This document shows, one piece after another, positions 1-13,956 of a stretch of DNA of 64,000 bases. Location of the stretch: positions 83,514,001-83,578,000 of the forward strand of contig NC_042998.1 in the NCBI RefSeq assembly GCF_006345805.1, read 5' to 3'. The stretch comes from Octopus sinensis. Its lineage: Eukaryota. A program made the translations under genes and the position numbers. Each line of letters opens with the position of its first letter. Position 1 is the stretch's first letter. The notes beneath the pieces were generated by a model. The model saw only the letters and a program-made list of their open reading frames with translations. It was not told where the DNA came from and searched no databases.

Positions 1-1158
1 GGGTGTTCACATGGGCAAATGACCTGGCCATGATAGACTAAGAAATTTTTTAGTCTTACCTAATGAGCAAAATTCATTGCTGATTGCACCTCTGTACAAC
101 ATAGCTTGTGCAGAGATTGCAGGCCATTCATCTATCGCTAATTTCCTTAGCAACCCTCAAATTAGTGGAGCCTTATCAAAGACCTTGTAGTATGAGTATT
201 TCTCTCCAGCACAAAATCAACCTGCATCTCATCTAGGCTGTTTTGTTTGTAATGAATTCCATAACTTAATCCTACAGTTTGAAGCCCTCAAGTGTATCTC
301 CTGTTGCCCTTGACTCTCATGGTGCTATGCTAATTATTAGCTTTTACATCTTTATTACCTAATTAATCACACAAGTGACCAATATGTGACCTTGCATTGT
401 TAAGCATCTTGGTGACTTCCTTAAAGACCAGCTGCCTTCATATCCTTAATTGTGCTTGCTACTATACTGTCAACTTCATTGACTGGTCTCTCTGATCAAC
501 TTTATAGAGATTCTGTTTCTCCCATGCATTCCCCACATTGACATCTTGTAATAGCACTTTCACACCTTTCTTTTCAATGTCACTAAGAGAAAGTGTCATT
601 TCATACACATTTCCCCCCATTAACATCTCATTTCATTGTAGTACAGTGCCTTGCCATGTGGAACATTATCACATGCCATTGGTAAATCATTTCCTTTTTG
701 CTTCTCTTACTAATTACTAGCTTCTAATTACTTGATATGGTTCGGTTGCCCCTTTCTCTTAGCTTTTATAGCTCTAACTACAGTATTATTCCATCACCAT
801 GTTATGTTCTGTCTTGCACATTTATATCTAGTTATTCAGTTTATCTATTTCTCTACTTTTCTCAAATCATCTACATTCAAAATCCACATCCCTTTTTACC
901 ATGCAACATTGCATGGTAGATATGTGGGTCCTTTATGTTCTTTCTCTAGAAATTAGCTAATTATCTTTTGCTTCCTTTTGAATGTAATTTTAAAAAACCA
1001 TTTAGCTTGCAACATTATATATATAAACACCCACTTCAAAGACTGGAAGAGCTTTCTTTGGTTTTTATTTTACATCAAAAAACAGTCACCATAATCTACA
1101 ATTCACAACTCAAAATAAATTGAAAATACTAGTCCAGGATAAAAAATTGTAAATATAC

Positions 1159-1450
1159 ATTTACATTTGACAGATATTTGTCCTCATCTTGTTAACTACT
1201 ACACCATATGCCCATGGTGTTAACAGCACTGGCTACTTAACCCCAAGATTCAGAGTTCAATTCCAGGTAGTGACCTGAATAGTAATAATATTGGAAATTA
1301 CCTTAGGAATGAAAACCCAGGTTCGAAATTTCCCCCAAGACACCTGATGAAAGCTGGAAGGTATATCAACAGAAATGTGTTAACAACAAACAAGATGAGG
1401 ACAAATATCCATCCAAATGTAAATAATTCCTCATCTCTTAAATATAGAAC
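1159..1450 (+). mobile_element. SINE-like element: tRNA-like head, degenerate hammerhead motif and 5' inverted copy of its own tail
   Basis: B-box-like GAGTTCAATTCC at 1253-1264. GACAC-CTGATGA(1344-1350)...GAAA(1372-1375)-T-GTGTT. 1159-1193 is the reverse complement of 1389-1424 with few mismatches. Confidence 0.55.
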
Positions 1451-4400
1451 TGTATCAAAAATTAATCTAATCCACTCACAAATCATATCAGCCCACAAAG
1501 CTGATACTTAACTTTGGTACTGTTAAGAATCTCTTTTAGATGAAAGATAATTGTCTTGTAACTATTATGCAATGGAATATAAGTTTTAGTTGATGCTAGT
1601 TGGATGAACAGGGCAAATGGAAGCAAATAAACTTTCCATGAGTAGAAAACAGGGGAGGGGGTTGGTCAAGTGGGTATAGTCCTACTTGGATACACAAGAA
1701 CTTCTCACCCATTATGTCATGCTAACCCTATTTCTATGCACATAAATTGTATAGGCATTCATTAATATTTTCCTGGCACATCCAATTAAACATGCAGTTT
1801 TGGCTAAAAGGTATACTGCAATAAATTTACAATTAGTTTTTAAAAACTTGCTACTTCGACCGTTTTAATGTTATGCTGTCACAGTTAGCTTCTATTATAG
1901 GCAGCTGTGTTTGTACATGTCATTGTCTCTGGATGAACTGAGTGTGCATATCTTTTATTTGCTTCAGTCAATCTGCAGCCATGCATGTGTATATTATATA
2001 GCATGAGCTTGGAGCAGGCAGTAGTCTGTTTCTCTCTGCTGCATGTACAATTGATCTTTCCAATAAATTAACCAACGAAGCCACTAAGTGGTTGCATGAT
2101 CTGCAGAAAACAGCAGTAAAATTATACCTACTCTCAGTTTTTCTCTCCAAAGAGCACATTGGAAATTATAATTCTGAATAAAAGATGGGATAGTCAAAGC
2201 TGGAGACCTTTTTGATCATATCTGCTTGATCAGGGCTAACTGGGTTAAACAGCAAGTGTTAAAGAAATGAGACATCGGCTGGATGTAATACAAACCTCAT
2301 ACAGGACATGATCTTTCTGGGGAAATGTCAGTTGGCTATCCAAAAACATTGGTTGCAGCTGACCTGTTAAGATACTGGCTGAAGGGTTGGAAATTCACAC
2401 CAACAGATGACCCCTATTTCTCTGTATGCAGGTACCATATGGTAGGAATATTTCACTGCTATAGACAACAGTAGCTCCATAAAACATTTTTCATTAATTT
2501 AGTACTGAACTCAACATATTGCATAAGTAACTTCGCTGGGTTTCACAAAATTGACATGTGCTACATCATAATTATAATCAATCACCATTCTGTTTTTCTG
2601 TGCTTGTATAGGTAAGATAAACTTTGTTGAGGCATATTTTTAATGACTGGACATTTTTCCTGTAACCAACACTCACCTGTTTCCAGACAAGGTAATATTT
2701 CCCCAAGTCTTAATACAAAAAAAAAACAATAGCTGGACATGTTTTAAAAGAGTGCAAACAAACAACACTGTTTGTGTGACAGTGGCATTTGTTTACAATT
2801 AGTGCAGTTTCGAGACAAGGACACCCAAACATAGACTTCAATGAAGTGACATTGTCAATTTTCTTTTAAATTTATAAATGTATTGGAACTCATGGCCATC
2901 TGACAACAAGGTTCTACCACTGGGACATGAAATCATGATTTCAGTCAGTCTGAGACAATCCACACTTATCCATTCTAGCAAAGGGACAACTATGTGGTGG
3001 GTTGATCTGCAACAAATAATACTCAAATCTCCCTCAAACACTCATCTTAAAAGGGTACACTAAATATAGTGGCCCTAGGTTTTCTGCAATAGGAAAAAGA
3101 TGGAATGTATTTGATCATAAAGTCTGCTTAAACAGAGCTACCTGGGATTAAAACATTAACGACAATGTTAAAGTAGAACATTGGCAGTATACACCATTAC
3201 TAAAGCTGCCATTTCCTTGAATGTTGTTGTTCATCTGAAATTGATCCTTCCCAAATTTATATCCAAATGTATAACTTCACTACAAACTCACTGAACAATC
3301 ATCAGTTTCACAGAGTGGTAAACTATAGACAATGTGAAGGAGCCTGGCCTAGAAGTTAGCATTGCACTCCTGATAGCAGTTTTGATTCCCAGGCTGCATT
3401 GTGTTCTTGATTAGAAACACTTCATTCCATGTTGCTCCAGTCCACTTGGCTGTAAAGGAGCTCCAGCAGGAGCCGAGGAGTTAATTGTGCAACAGAATGG
3501 CATGTCCAGGAAGCAGGGAATTACATAATTTGTCACTTGTATGCCATGGAAACCAGACCAAACCCCCAGTCTTATGAATTCTAAGGTTTATGACAGACCC
3601 TAAACTATACATAAACCTGTGTTATCAATTTACAGCCAAGTGGACTGAGCTATTTAAGATAAGTATCCCTGCTATAGATACAATGCAATAACACAACATT
3701 TTCGTTCATAGTGCAATGCTTCCATTCTCTTTTCAACTTTTCAGTTCTCACTAATTCCACAGAAATTACTGAACAAACAAATGAATCAAATGTCAATTTA
3801 AAGTGTTTGTTTTTCCAAGTGATCATAGATTAGAGGAGGAGGTAGCTGAGGCTAGATGATATTCCTTACCTGTTTTTCAAAGGTTATTTTACTTCAAAGG
3901 AATTTGAAAGCACAGAGCTTCTAGATAATCTGTTGACAGGAAATATCAACAAACATCACCAGTTGCTGCCCAGCTAGAAATGGTGATGTTTCTGACTGTA
4001 GCTCAATGAAAATAGTAAGCATTCATACACACATATAGTTGTTTCATTTATGTTTCTTGAGCCCTAAGACTCATAATGATAGTCACTTGGTTTCCATGGC
4101 TTGTAAGTAAACAATCTCATAACATCACCTTGAACGAGATGGTGGTCTACCAGAGAATTCAAGGGCAGCAGGGGATAAATTGATTACACTAACCTTGGTA
4201 TTTGACTGGTACTGTATTTTTGTTACCCTGAAAGGATGAATGGCAAACTTGAGCTCAGCAGTATTTGAACTCAGAACACAAAGAGCCAGAAGATATGCAG
4301 CTAAGCATTTTGTCCAACATGCTAATGATTTTGTCAGCTTGCTACCTTACACACACAAGCTTCTTTCAGTTTCCATCTGATTCCTTCATTAAGCATTGGT

Positions 4401-5500
4401 TGGGTCATGGGTTATAGAAGACAATACTTTCCAAACGTGCTACAGGGTGGTACTGAACCCAAAGCTACATGATTGAGAAACCAGATGATTTTTTAATCAT
4501 ACCTGATAGTGAAAAAAAATAAATGAATTTCTGTACTTGGGCTTCAACTTTCATTGGATTTCAGTAAATCACAAAGGCATTAAAATAACAACTAAAATAC
4601 AATTTAGTGACTATGTCAGAATATAGAATTTATTCTTATATATATATAATTTATATGTGTGTGTATGTGTCTATATACTTATATACAAGATGGGATGTAG
4701 CTTTAAAAGTAAGCTTTAAGATTGTAGAAAGCAGATCTTGTTTCAGGAAGAACATCCGTAGTTTAAGTTTTTCATTATCCATTAACTCTGTAAAACCACA
4801 GGATATCTTTAGTTACCAATTTTGATTTCTTTTAACTAGACACAAAGTAAATAGAGAAATTGTGACGTTCATGGTTTTCAAAAGGGCATTAATGGCATTT
4901 AACTGGGAAACTAAAATCATTTTCATGGGCTTGACTTGCCGAAAGCTAACCTCTCATTCGATGATGAATGTCACATATGTATGTGTTACTGTGTTACTAA
5001 CAGTGATGTCTGATGTAAACATGAGACCTCAACTTCATAGGGGCAGAGAAATGTAGCATTGAGACATTCATGCCTTTCTAAAAGACATTAGAAGCATAAG
5101 TGCATTGAAATAACTTCAACTAGGAATCAAAACTAAGTCACTGACTTGATTTGTTGGGAGCTTACCTTGTGGTACTCACCACTTTTCATTAGCAATACTG
5201 ACAAAAAAAAAAATGAAAGTGAAAGCTAAGCTTTAATTCCCAAACAGCTAGATGTCTGAAGAATCTACTAATGGTAAAGGCATTAGCAACAATTAAACTT
5301 TAAATGATTCTCAGGAGTTGAAGGTTTCTTTCTCTTCATTCCTCTCATCCTGTTTCTGTTCAACTTTAATCCCTTTAAAGTGAAATATATCAAAATGTTC
5401 GGATTATCTCTGAATCCTACAAAATATGTTTTTTTTCTCTTGGCAAGAATAGTCAATTTAAAACAGCTTTTGAGAGTAGTGCTAACGAAAAAAATAATAT

Positions 5501-7328
5501 TTATATTATTTCCTTAACTTCTGATTGCCAACCATCGAAATCACTAAATAATAAATAGTTCTTGATTTTTAATGGAATTTCCAAGGCCTGTATGTCATTA
5601 GAAACTTTCCCACCCTTACCAAAAGTAGTGCGGATGCACTGCCTACAGTGTTCCATTAATGGCCTGGTATTACAAGAAAGAGTCTGTACCATTTCTATGG
5701 TACTTTTGTTCACAGATGGCATTTTACGTAGAATGTGTAAATGACTTCGAAATGCGTTTAAAGCTTTTGACCCATAAGCTTTTGCAAGCCAGATGATCAA
5801 TGTCTCTTTTTGTTGATGAAGTACATGTTCCAGAGGACTACAAGGTCCACAGGACTCCAAGAAAGTAGAAACCTGATTTGATCGAGCATTGGCAAGCAGC
5901 AATACTTTGGCCATATCAAGGTTTAAATTATCAATAGCAAACCAAAGTGGTAAGGTACCCACAGCATCTTCAATATCTGGGTCTGCGCCATACTGCAGGA
6001 GTAATACTACAAGTGGGAAGTTGTTATAGAAAACTGCTTCGTTAAGTGCTGTCATTCCATGCAAGCCTCGATGATTCACCTTACAACCATAGTCCAGCAA
6101 AAGTTTTGATGTTGAAATCTGTTGATGTTTTACAGCATTTACAAGTGGCGTAATCCCATCATAGTTCTGTGCATCAATGTCAAAACTGCGTTCAATGAGA
6201 AACTTACAGATTTCTGTGTTGCCACCAGCAGCAGCAAAGTGCAGAAGCATGTCACCATTGGAAGTTCTTTCATAAATATCAGCACCATTAGATATGAGGA
6301 ATTTCAATACATCCATATGCCCTTTGCTAGCCGCTACATGAAGTGGAGTGCAGCCAAGAACATCTTGTGCGTTAATGGAGGATCCAGCTTCAAATAGTAA
6401 TTTGCAGCATCCCAGTTTTCCTCGTTCAGAAGCCAAATGTAGTGCTGTGCGTTTGTTATAAGCAACCATGTTGATATTGCATCTATGCTGCACCAATAGT
6501 TCAACGATTTTATCATGACCATTAAGTGAAGCCATCATCAGTGGAGTGAAACGACGAATGTCTTGTGCATCAATCTCAGCCCCATGCTCAAGCAACAAAC
6601 AGGTGCATTCATAGTCTCCATGTTGTGTGGTCAAGTGAAGTGCAGTAACTGCACTGTGGCTCATATGATTCACATCACAACTTCGATTCAGCAGCATTGC
6701 TAAAACCTGATAATGGCCTTTTTCTGCAGCACACATCAATGGAGTATTACCAAAGTTATCCTCACTCTCAACATCAGCTTTAGCAGTCAATAAGGTCTGA
6801 CAACAATTAATATGGCCATTACTGGCAGCCATGTGTAGAGCACTTGCTTCGTGAGATCCTCCTCGACGTACAGATGCATTCCATTTGAGCAAAAGTTTCA
6901 CAATATGATCATGACCATTTGTTGCTGCTAAAATCAATGGTGTATTGTCTTCAGCATTTTCAGCATTGGCTTCAGATCCAGACTCTAACAAAGACTGACA
7001 ACATTCTAAATGTCCCTCACTGGCACTGAAGTGAAGAGCTGTGTTCTGTAAAGGGCCAACACTGAGATCAATTGTACAATCCCAGCGAATGATGAGATCA
7101 AGGATAGGGTTTTGTCCATATTTGGAGGCTGTTGCCAAAGGTGTAAACCCTTCAGAATCTAACATATTGCATGATATTCCAGCCTCTAAAATTGTTGCAG
7201 CACAATTGATGGATCCAATTTTACAAGAAAGAATCAAGTTCACCTTCAATTCATCTTCGGTGATCTCTTTAGCAGATATCATTCGGCGAAGAGTTTTGCT
7301 ATCATCTTTATAGAAAAGTTCTCGTATT
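5501..7328 (-). CDS. Terminal coding exon of an ankyrin-repeat and SOCS-box (ASB-like) protein; 5' exon(s) not established
   Basis: The 593-aa ORF has about 14 consecutive 33-aa ankyrin repeats (TPL/TALH..A...GH...v..LL..GA.in..d) and a C-terminal SOCS box (RPLMEHCRQCIR...IQALEIPLKIKNYLLF). The frame stays open 46 nt upstream of the ATG (IRELFYKDDSKTLRR) to a strong acceptor. The specific ASB paralogue cannot be assigned. Confidence 0.92.
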
Positions 7329-7352
7329 CTGGAAAAAGAAAAGAAAAAAAAT
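7329..7352 (-). promoter_or_regulatory. 3' splice acceptor (polypyrimidine tract + CAG) of the ASB exon, phase 2
   Basis: Minus strand reads TTTTTTTCTTTTCTTTTTCCAG|AATACGAG, directly upstream of the open frame. Confidence 0.8.
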
Positions 7353-7740
7353 TGTTAAATATAGAGAATAAAAAAATTGCCATAAATTAAGTTAATTTAA
7401 AACAGTGCTTCTCAAACATTTTTAACTACTGTTGAAATTTATAAAAAAACCAAAAAAGATGAAGACAGGTGTAGGAACAACAAGCAGGTGTATTAGTTTG
7501 ACACTCAGGAAAAATGAAGTCTTTTATGTTTCAAGCCTATGCTATTCAACAGAAAGGAACAAGAGAAAATAAACAGAGAGAGAGAGAGAGAGAGAGAGTG
7601 AAAAAACTATTGCTTTTTTTTCTTTTACTAATATTGTTTTCAATGCTACCCCTGTCATCTGCTACGATTCTATGTCCCACCATCTGGAGTAGTCATGTAC
7701 AACAAGGCACTTGTCCCTGACCTTCATACATATTTTAGCT

Positions 7741-8082
7741 CAGTGGTTCTCAACCAGGGTCTATATGACCCTTGAGGGTCCATATAAGATTTTATTGTTA
7801 AAATTGATGTGCAATACATTGGTTATACTTCTACAATTCTTTTATTCTTTTATATATTTCAGCCTTGAGGCTGCAGCCATGCTGGAGCACTGCCATTTTA
7901 AAAAGAAGGACAAGGTTCTGGCAATGCACAAAATATTATTTTTTATATACAATTCTTAGTAATATTTAATTGTGAAAATATAAAAGGATTTTTTTAAAAC
8001 ATTGAATGGCTTTGCAGGGTCTAGTAGAACAAAATAGGAATCAAAAGGGTCTACAGACAAAAAAAAGAGTTGAGAACCATGA
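7741..8082. mobile_element. hAT/Charlie-like MITE
   Basis: TIRs CAGTGGTTCTCAAC ... GTTGAGAACCATG. Imperfect 8-bp TSD TTTTAGCT/GTTTAGCT. Same family as 48744-49257. Confidence 0.75.
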
Positions 8083-8754
8083 GTTTAGCTTCTCGACACC
8101 TGGCACAAAGTCACCTCCCTCAATACTGCACCCACCTGCCAGCGTCAAAGAGTGTTTGTCCCACAAATTACTTGGTGTCCTCACCATACTGGTGCCATGA
8201 AAAAAGGCACCTGGCACATTCTATAAAGTCGTTTGCATTAGAAAGGGCATCCAATTGTAGAAACCTTGTCAAAGGAGACAATGGAGACCAACACAGCCCT
8301 CAGGCTAGTCAGATCTTCTCAAACCATCCAGTCCATGCCAGCTTTGAATACAGACTCTAAAAGATGATAAATGTGATACAAATAATGTCAAGCCAGAGTA
8401 ATTTAGTTGATGGTACTAGTTAGATATTGGTGACTACTTAGCATAACACAACTCTACATTATTATCATCATCACATTTTGACATCCATCTTCCATGCTGG
8501 CATGAGTCAGATGGAATTCACTGAAGGAGATTTTCTACAGCCAAGATGACTTCCTGACTCTAAATTCTAAGAGAAATCAGCTCCTGGATTCATACACCAC
8601 AAATGAACACAATATCAGGGACAATAAACATTTGCAAGACCTTCTGAAGATTTAAAGGATGATAAATAAAGACACTTTCCTTCACAACCTGGATATAAAG
8701 TACCTAGCCAATCAAAATTAAATTAAAACAAGAAAAAGAACATATACACAAAGG

Positions 8755-8912
8755 TACAGAAGCGACTGCATGGTAAGAAGCTTACTTCTCAACCACATGG
8801 TTCCAGGTTCAGTCCCACTGCATGGCACCTTGGGCAAGTGCCTTCTGCTATAGCCTCAGGCTGACCAAAGCCTTGTGAGTAGAGAGAAACTGAAAGAAGC
8901 CAGTCATATTAA

Positions 8913-8945
<33 letters not shown>

Positions 8946-9150
8946 TTGTGTGTCTGTGCTTGTCCTCTCAATATTGCATGACAACCGATGTTGGTGTGTT
9001 TACATCCCCATAACTTAGCAGTTTGGCAAAAGAAACCAATAGAATAAGTACTAGATCTACAAAGAATAAGTCCAGGGGTCGATTCGTTCGACTAAAGGCG
9101 GTGCTCCAGCATGGCCACAGTCAAATGACTGAAACAAGTAAAAGAATAAA
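8755..9150 (+). mobile_element. tRNA-derived SINE, family A (head + CORE-like GGCACCTTGGGCAAGTG block + internal (GT)n + CAGCATGGCCACAGTCAAATGACTGAAAC tail)
   Basis: Collinear with copies at 10095, 23682, 41860 and 54605. Many partial copies occur on both strands. Confidence 0.8.
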
Positions 9151-9209
9151 AGAATACATACATACATTGTATACACACACATACACAGATACATACAGTC
9201 ATACATATA

Positions 9210-9463
9210 CAGGGTGTTTAAAAAATCTCTCTACAGTAAGTATTTTATTGCAAAATAAATATTTATAAGATGGTATAAGACTACAAAAAAATATATTAGG
9301 CTTTACAAGGCTTTATAAAAACTTTATTAAGAGGTGTTGAAAGTGTCGTCCTTCATTTTCAATACGTAAGTTGACTCTTCTAACACATGTTTTGATGTAC
9401 ATCTTGGAGAGTCTGACTCAGTATGAAAAAAATTCCCTGTGGAGAGACTTCTTGAACACTCTG
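9210..9463. mobile_element. Tc1/mariner-like MITE
   Basis: TA|CAGGGTGTTTAAAAAATCTCTC ... GAGAGACTTCTTGAACACTCTG|TA: imperfect TIRs with TA target duplication. Confidence 0.7.
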
Positions 9464-11904
9464 TATACGTACAAACATACACATATATATTCTCTAATTA
9501 GTGTCAGTTATTAGAGTGTAAATGTGCTTAGACACTGCCATCATGAATATTAGTTCATTTCATTAACTCCAGCACATACTTCAGCCAGGTATTTATTTTA
9601 TCAAATCTCTATGAAACAATTACCTGTTTAAGGTCAAGAGCTGCACCTAGAGACCTCTAGCCTTTATTTTCCCCTTTTTTTACATGAACAGAGGCACATA
9701 TAAGCTTCCATGCCATTTCTGTCTGTCAAATGGCATTCACAGAAAAATGGTTAAACTGATGCTACAATAGAAGACACTTGCTCAAAACACCACATGGGGT
9801 GATCGAGCCTTTAAGGTTTGGACCAAAAAGGGCCATATGATTGCAAAGCAAAATATTAACAACACACACATCTATATCATATATACAGAATATGGGGGTT
9901 TAGTTCACTGATGATCAAAATGAATAGGTACACTGGGTTAAGTGCTGTAACGGATTATCAGGGATCCAAACTTGTAACTGAGACGGGAGTTATGGATCCA
10001 TTTTAGGTTTCCGATTTAGCAGATATATATTTGTAGAGTTTGTTGTCCTCATTCACAAATGTATATATAATATATTTATATAGTAACAAGTTTGCTTTCC
10101 AATCACATGGTTCCAGGTTCAGTCCCACTGTGTAGCACCCTGGGCAAGTGTCTTCTACTATAGCCTCAGACCAATCAAAGCCTTGTGGGTGGACTTGGTA
10201 GATGGAAACTGAAAGAAGCCCGTCATATATAATTTTATATATCTAAGTATGTGTGTGTGTCTTTGTGTTTGTCCTGACCCCACCACTTGACAACCAGTGT
10301 TGTTGTGTTTACATCCCCATAACTTAGCAATTTGGCAAAAAAGACTGATAGAATATGTACCAGGCTTAAAAACAATAAACACTGGTGTTGATTCATCATC
10401 ATCACCATCATCATCATCATCTTATTTAACATCCACCTTCCATGCTGGCATGGATGAGATGGCTCAACAAGAGCCAGTCAGGCAGAAGCTTGCACCAGAT
10501 CTCTGTGTCTGTTTTGTCAGGGCTTTTATGATTGAATGCCCTTCCAAACACCAACCACCCAGCAGAGTGGACCGAGTGCTTTTTACATGGCACAAGCACA
10601 GGCGAGGTCAGTTTTTGTATGGTTTTTATAGCTGGATGCCCTTCCAAATGCTAACCACTTTACAATGTGGACTGGATGCTATCTAAGTGACACCTGTATT
10701 GACAGGGTCAACAAGTAACTCACAAGACAAAGATTCTTTGAGAAAGGAGGAGGCATTGGAGGAGATGATCTTGCCGCAGATGATGAAAGGTTATAGTGAG
10801 ACAGCGATGCAGAAACAGGTGCCTTGCTATAGAGGAGGTACATGGTTACCTGGCCAGAGAGAGAGAGAGAGAGGGGGGAGAACAGGAATCATAGAATTAA
10901 TATTCTTCAAGGTGGTGCCCCAGCATGGCCAAAGTCTAATGACTGAGACAAGTAAAAGATAAGAGATAAAAGATATATATATCCATAGTAGAGTGGATTG
11001 ATCAAGTGAGCGGTAGTATTGATGATGATGATAATGATGATCATGTCAGACAATTATTAAGTAGCTGTGAACTGACATTTAACATACCTCAGTCTGTTTA
11101 CAATATAAACTGTCTTGAACTACTAAACAATGTGCCAAAAGTTGATCTTAGTTTTTGTCCCTTGAGCTGCCAGATTGTGTGTGTGTGTGTGAGCACATAT
11201 GCATGTATGATGAGTCAGAGAAGTTGAGTAAGATATGAATATAATTATTTACAATAAGAAAAATAGATAAACAAATAAATTAACCAGATTTTTATCTTAA
11301 CTAAATAACAGTCAGCATGTGGTTATTTTAAGAAAACTATCAACTATCATCAACATGAAAGTACTACTATTTTATTGACTACATCCTCTTCTAAACACTG
11401 CTCTTCTTACCAGGAGGGTAGACCTGTAGAGCTCCACATTTAATGTTCAAATAGGTATCTATGTATCATAGTGAATGTATATACACTGCTGATAGGCAAG
11501 ATACTGAACTTTGTCCAGATTACATTCTCACTAGCTGCTACCAGGAGGACTTTTTTCTTTCATACATTCATACATACATACATACATACATACATACAAA
11601 CAAACAAACAAACAAACAAACATATGTATATGTTTGAAGTGGTGTACAGATTTTATATATTCAGAATAAGATGGTAATAATTATTTAACTAGCACTTTCA
11701 TCTCATTTCAGAGATTCATCAGGAATGATTTTTTTTAACAGAAACTTTAGACCTTTTATATATACGCAAGTTAGTTGAAAAAATCTGGAGTTGAATAGGG
11801 AAGAGAATGTTCATTGTTATTTTGAAACTGTGTGTGTGTGATAATTTTTGGAGACTTGGTTAGAGGGAGAAAAAATGGAAAAAAGAATAAAAAACACATT
11901 ATAT

Positions 11905-12130
11905 ATATAAAAAGCACCATCCGACCGTGGCCGTTTGCCAGCCTCGTCTGGCACGTAAAAAGCACTCACTACACTCATGGAGTTGTTGGCATTAGGAAGG
12001 GCATTCAGCCGTAGAAACATTACCAGATCAGACTGGGCCTAGTGCAGCCTTCTGACTTCCCAGACCCCAGTTAAACCGTCCAACCCATTCCAGCATGGAA
12101 AGCGGATGCTACACGATGATGATGATGATA
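11905..12130 (+). mobile_element. RTE 3'-tail element ending in (GAT)n
   Basis: Homologous to the 3' UTR of the RTE at 15568-16340 (GGCACGTAAAAAGCAC...GGCATTAGGAAGGGCAT...CAGCATGGAAAGCGG..GATGATGAT). Confidence 0.75.
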
Positions 12131-12397
12131 TAAAGTCGGGATGCATAGCATTCAGTTATTCCATAAATGAAAAATGCATTACATACCACAAAACGTACAT
12201 ATAGGACAGACATAGAAGGGCTCTAATCTTTCTTCAGTTATTGATCAAAAATATTAATACTTAGTTTCGTGCCTTTAATGATAAAGGCATGAAACCAGGT
12301 ATTAGCATTTTGGGTCGATAACTGAGGAAGGATTAGTGCCCTTTTGTGTCTGTCCTACATGTACGTTTTGTAGTATTTAATGCATTTTTCAATTATA

Positions 12398-12477
<80 letters not shown>

Positions 12478-13731
12478 AATACATCACATCTATAAGAGAT
12501 TTTATCTCAGCAAAAAAACTTATTTTATCAACCCTGATAAGATGAAAAGCAAAATTGATATCAGTAGGATTTGAACTCAAAACATAAAGAACCAAAAGAA
12601 ATACCACTGAGTAGTTTGTTGGATATGTTAACAATTCTGCCAGCTTGTTGCCTTAAAAAAATAATTTTTTTCTAATTTTTGGCACAAAGGCAACAATTTT
12701 GAAGAAAACGGGTACGTCAATAACACCAATCCTAGTGCTCAGCTGGTACTTATTTCATTAACTCTGAAAGGATGAAAAGTAAAGTCGACCTGGGCAGAAT
12801 TTGAACTCAGAATGTAATGAGTTGGAAGAAATATCACAAAGTATTGTTTCCAACACACTGGCAAGTCTACTAGCACACCACCTTAATAATAATTAGTTGT
12901 AATTATGATTGTAAACTTTATTTCTCAATTATTCAGAAGAATGACTTAAATAGCTATAGTAGTAATACATAATACAGTTACCGCCCTTTAAATGTGTGTG
13001 TGTGTGTGTAGCTAAAATACTCTCTGAGGAAATTTGCCAAATTACATTAATCCTATTGCGCCTTGTTCCTGCAATAGCAGGAATAGCCTACGCGTAATCG
13101 TTACCAGATCCTCGTTAAAGTGGTAATGAACAACACTCATAAAAAAGAAGATAAAATACTAGAATTAGACAACCGATCACATTGCAGCTTTGTAATCAAG
13201 TGTATTTATAACTCAAAGGGTATCCCCCGGAGCAGTTGTTTATTTTTGCTTTTAACTGGAAAAAAAAAAAAGATTTTAGTGATGAAATGAGCATGTGAGG
13301 AACCTAGCACTTTGTCTGGTAAATGAGCAAAGCCTACACTCTTTATAGTTGATGAAAATTATTGATGATATTTATTCGTTAGACAAAGAGTTTACCCTTA
13401 CGCAGACAATGAGAATGATGTGGGCACTAAAACTGGTGAAAGTGATGAGGGAAATAGAGATTCAGGGGGACAAACACAGTAGTTGAGAGAGATAGGTCTA
13501 TTATTATTATTTTTTATTTTTTTTTTTTGTGTGATTCTGTCCATTAGCTTGCCTGCAATTATTACTCTTGAGCTGTGTATACAACTATTATTTTTTTTTT
13601 TTTAGCTCAGGATTCCTGGGACTTATCAACTCTCTCAGGCCCAGGTCTGAGAGAGTTGATAAAAGCAATTACTGCTATCTCACGTGGAACCATAATACCC
13701 AGTAATATTGTACCCACACTGTTTCCCATTA

Positions 13732-13956
13732 CAGTAATCCCTCGACTATCACAGGTGTTACATTCCAAACCCCCACCCCCACAATAGATGAAAATTCACG
13801 AAGTAGAAACAGTACTGTAGTGCATTTTTTTTCATTATTTTTATAATTTGTATATATTTATTTTATTGTAAATGCAAAACAACACCACGGAGAAATCGAT
13901 GGAAGCTTAAATAATAAACCCCAATAGGTGAACCATGATACAGTGAGGGATTGCAG
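13732..13956. mobile_element. Tigger/pogo-like MITE
   Basis: TA|CAGTAATCCCTCGA ... GTGAGGGATTGCAG|TA: imperfect TIRs with TA TSD. Confidence 0.65.

Noticed and set aside
3870-3929. Minus-strand exon candidate with CAG|GTAAGG donor
   Set aside because: There are stop codons in all three frames and no other support.
13024-13043. CTGAGGA followed by hairpin AATTT-GCC-AAATT
   Set aside because: No GAAA or stem III follows.
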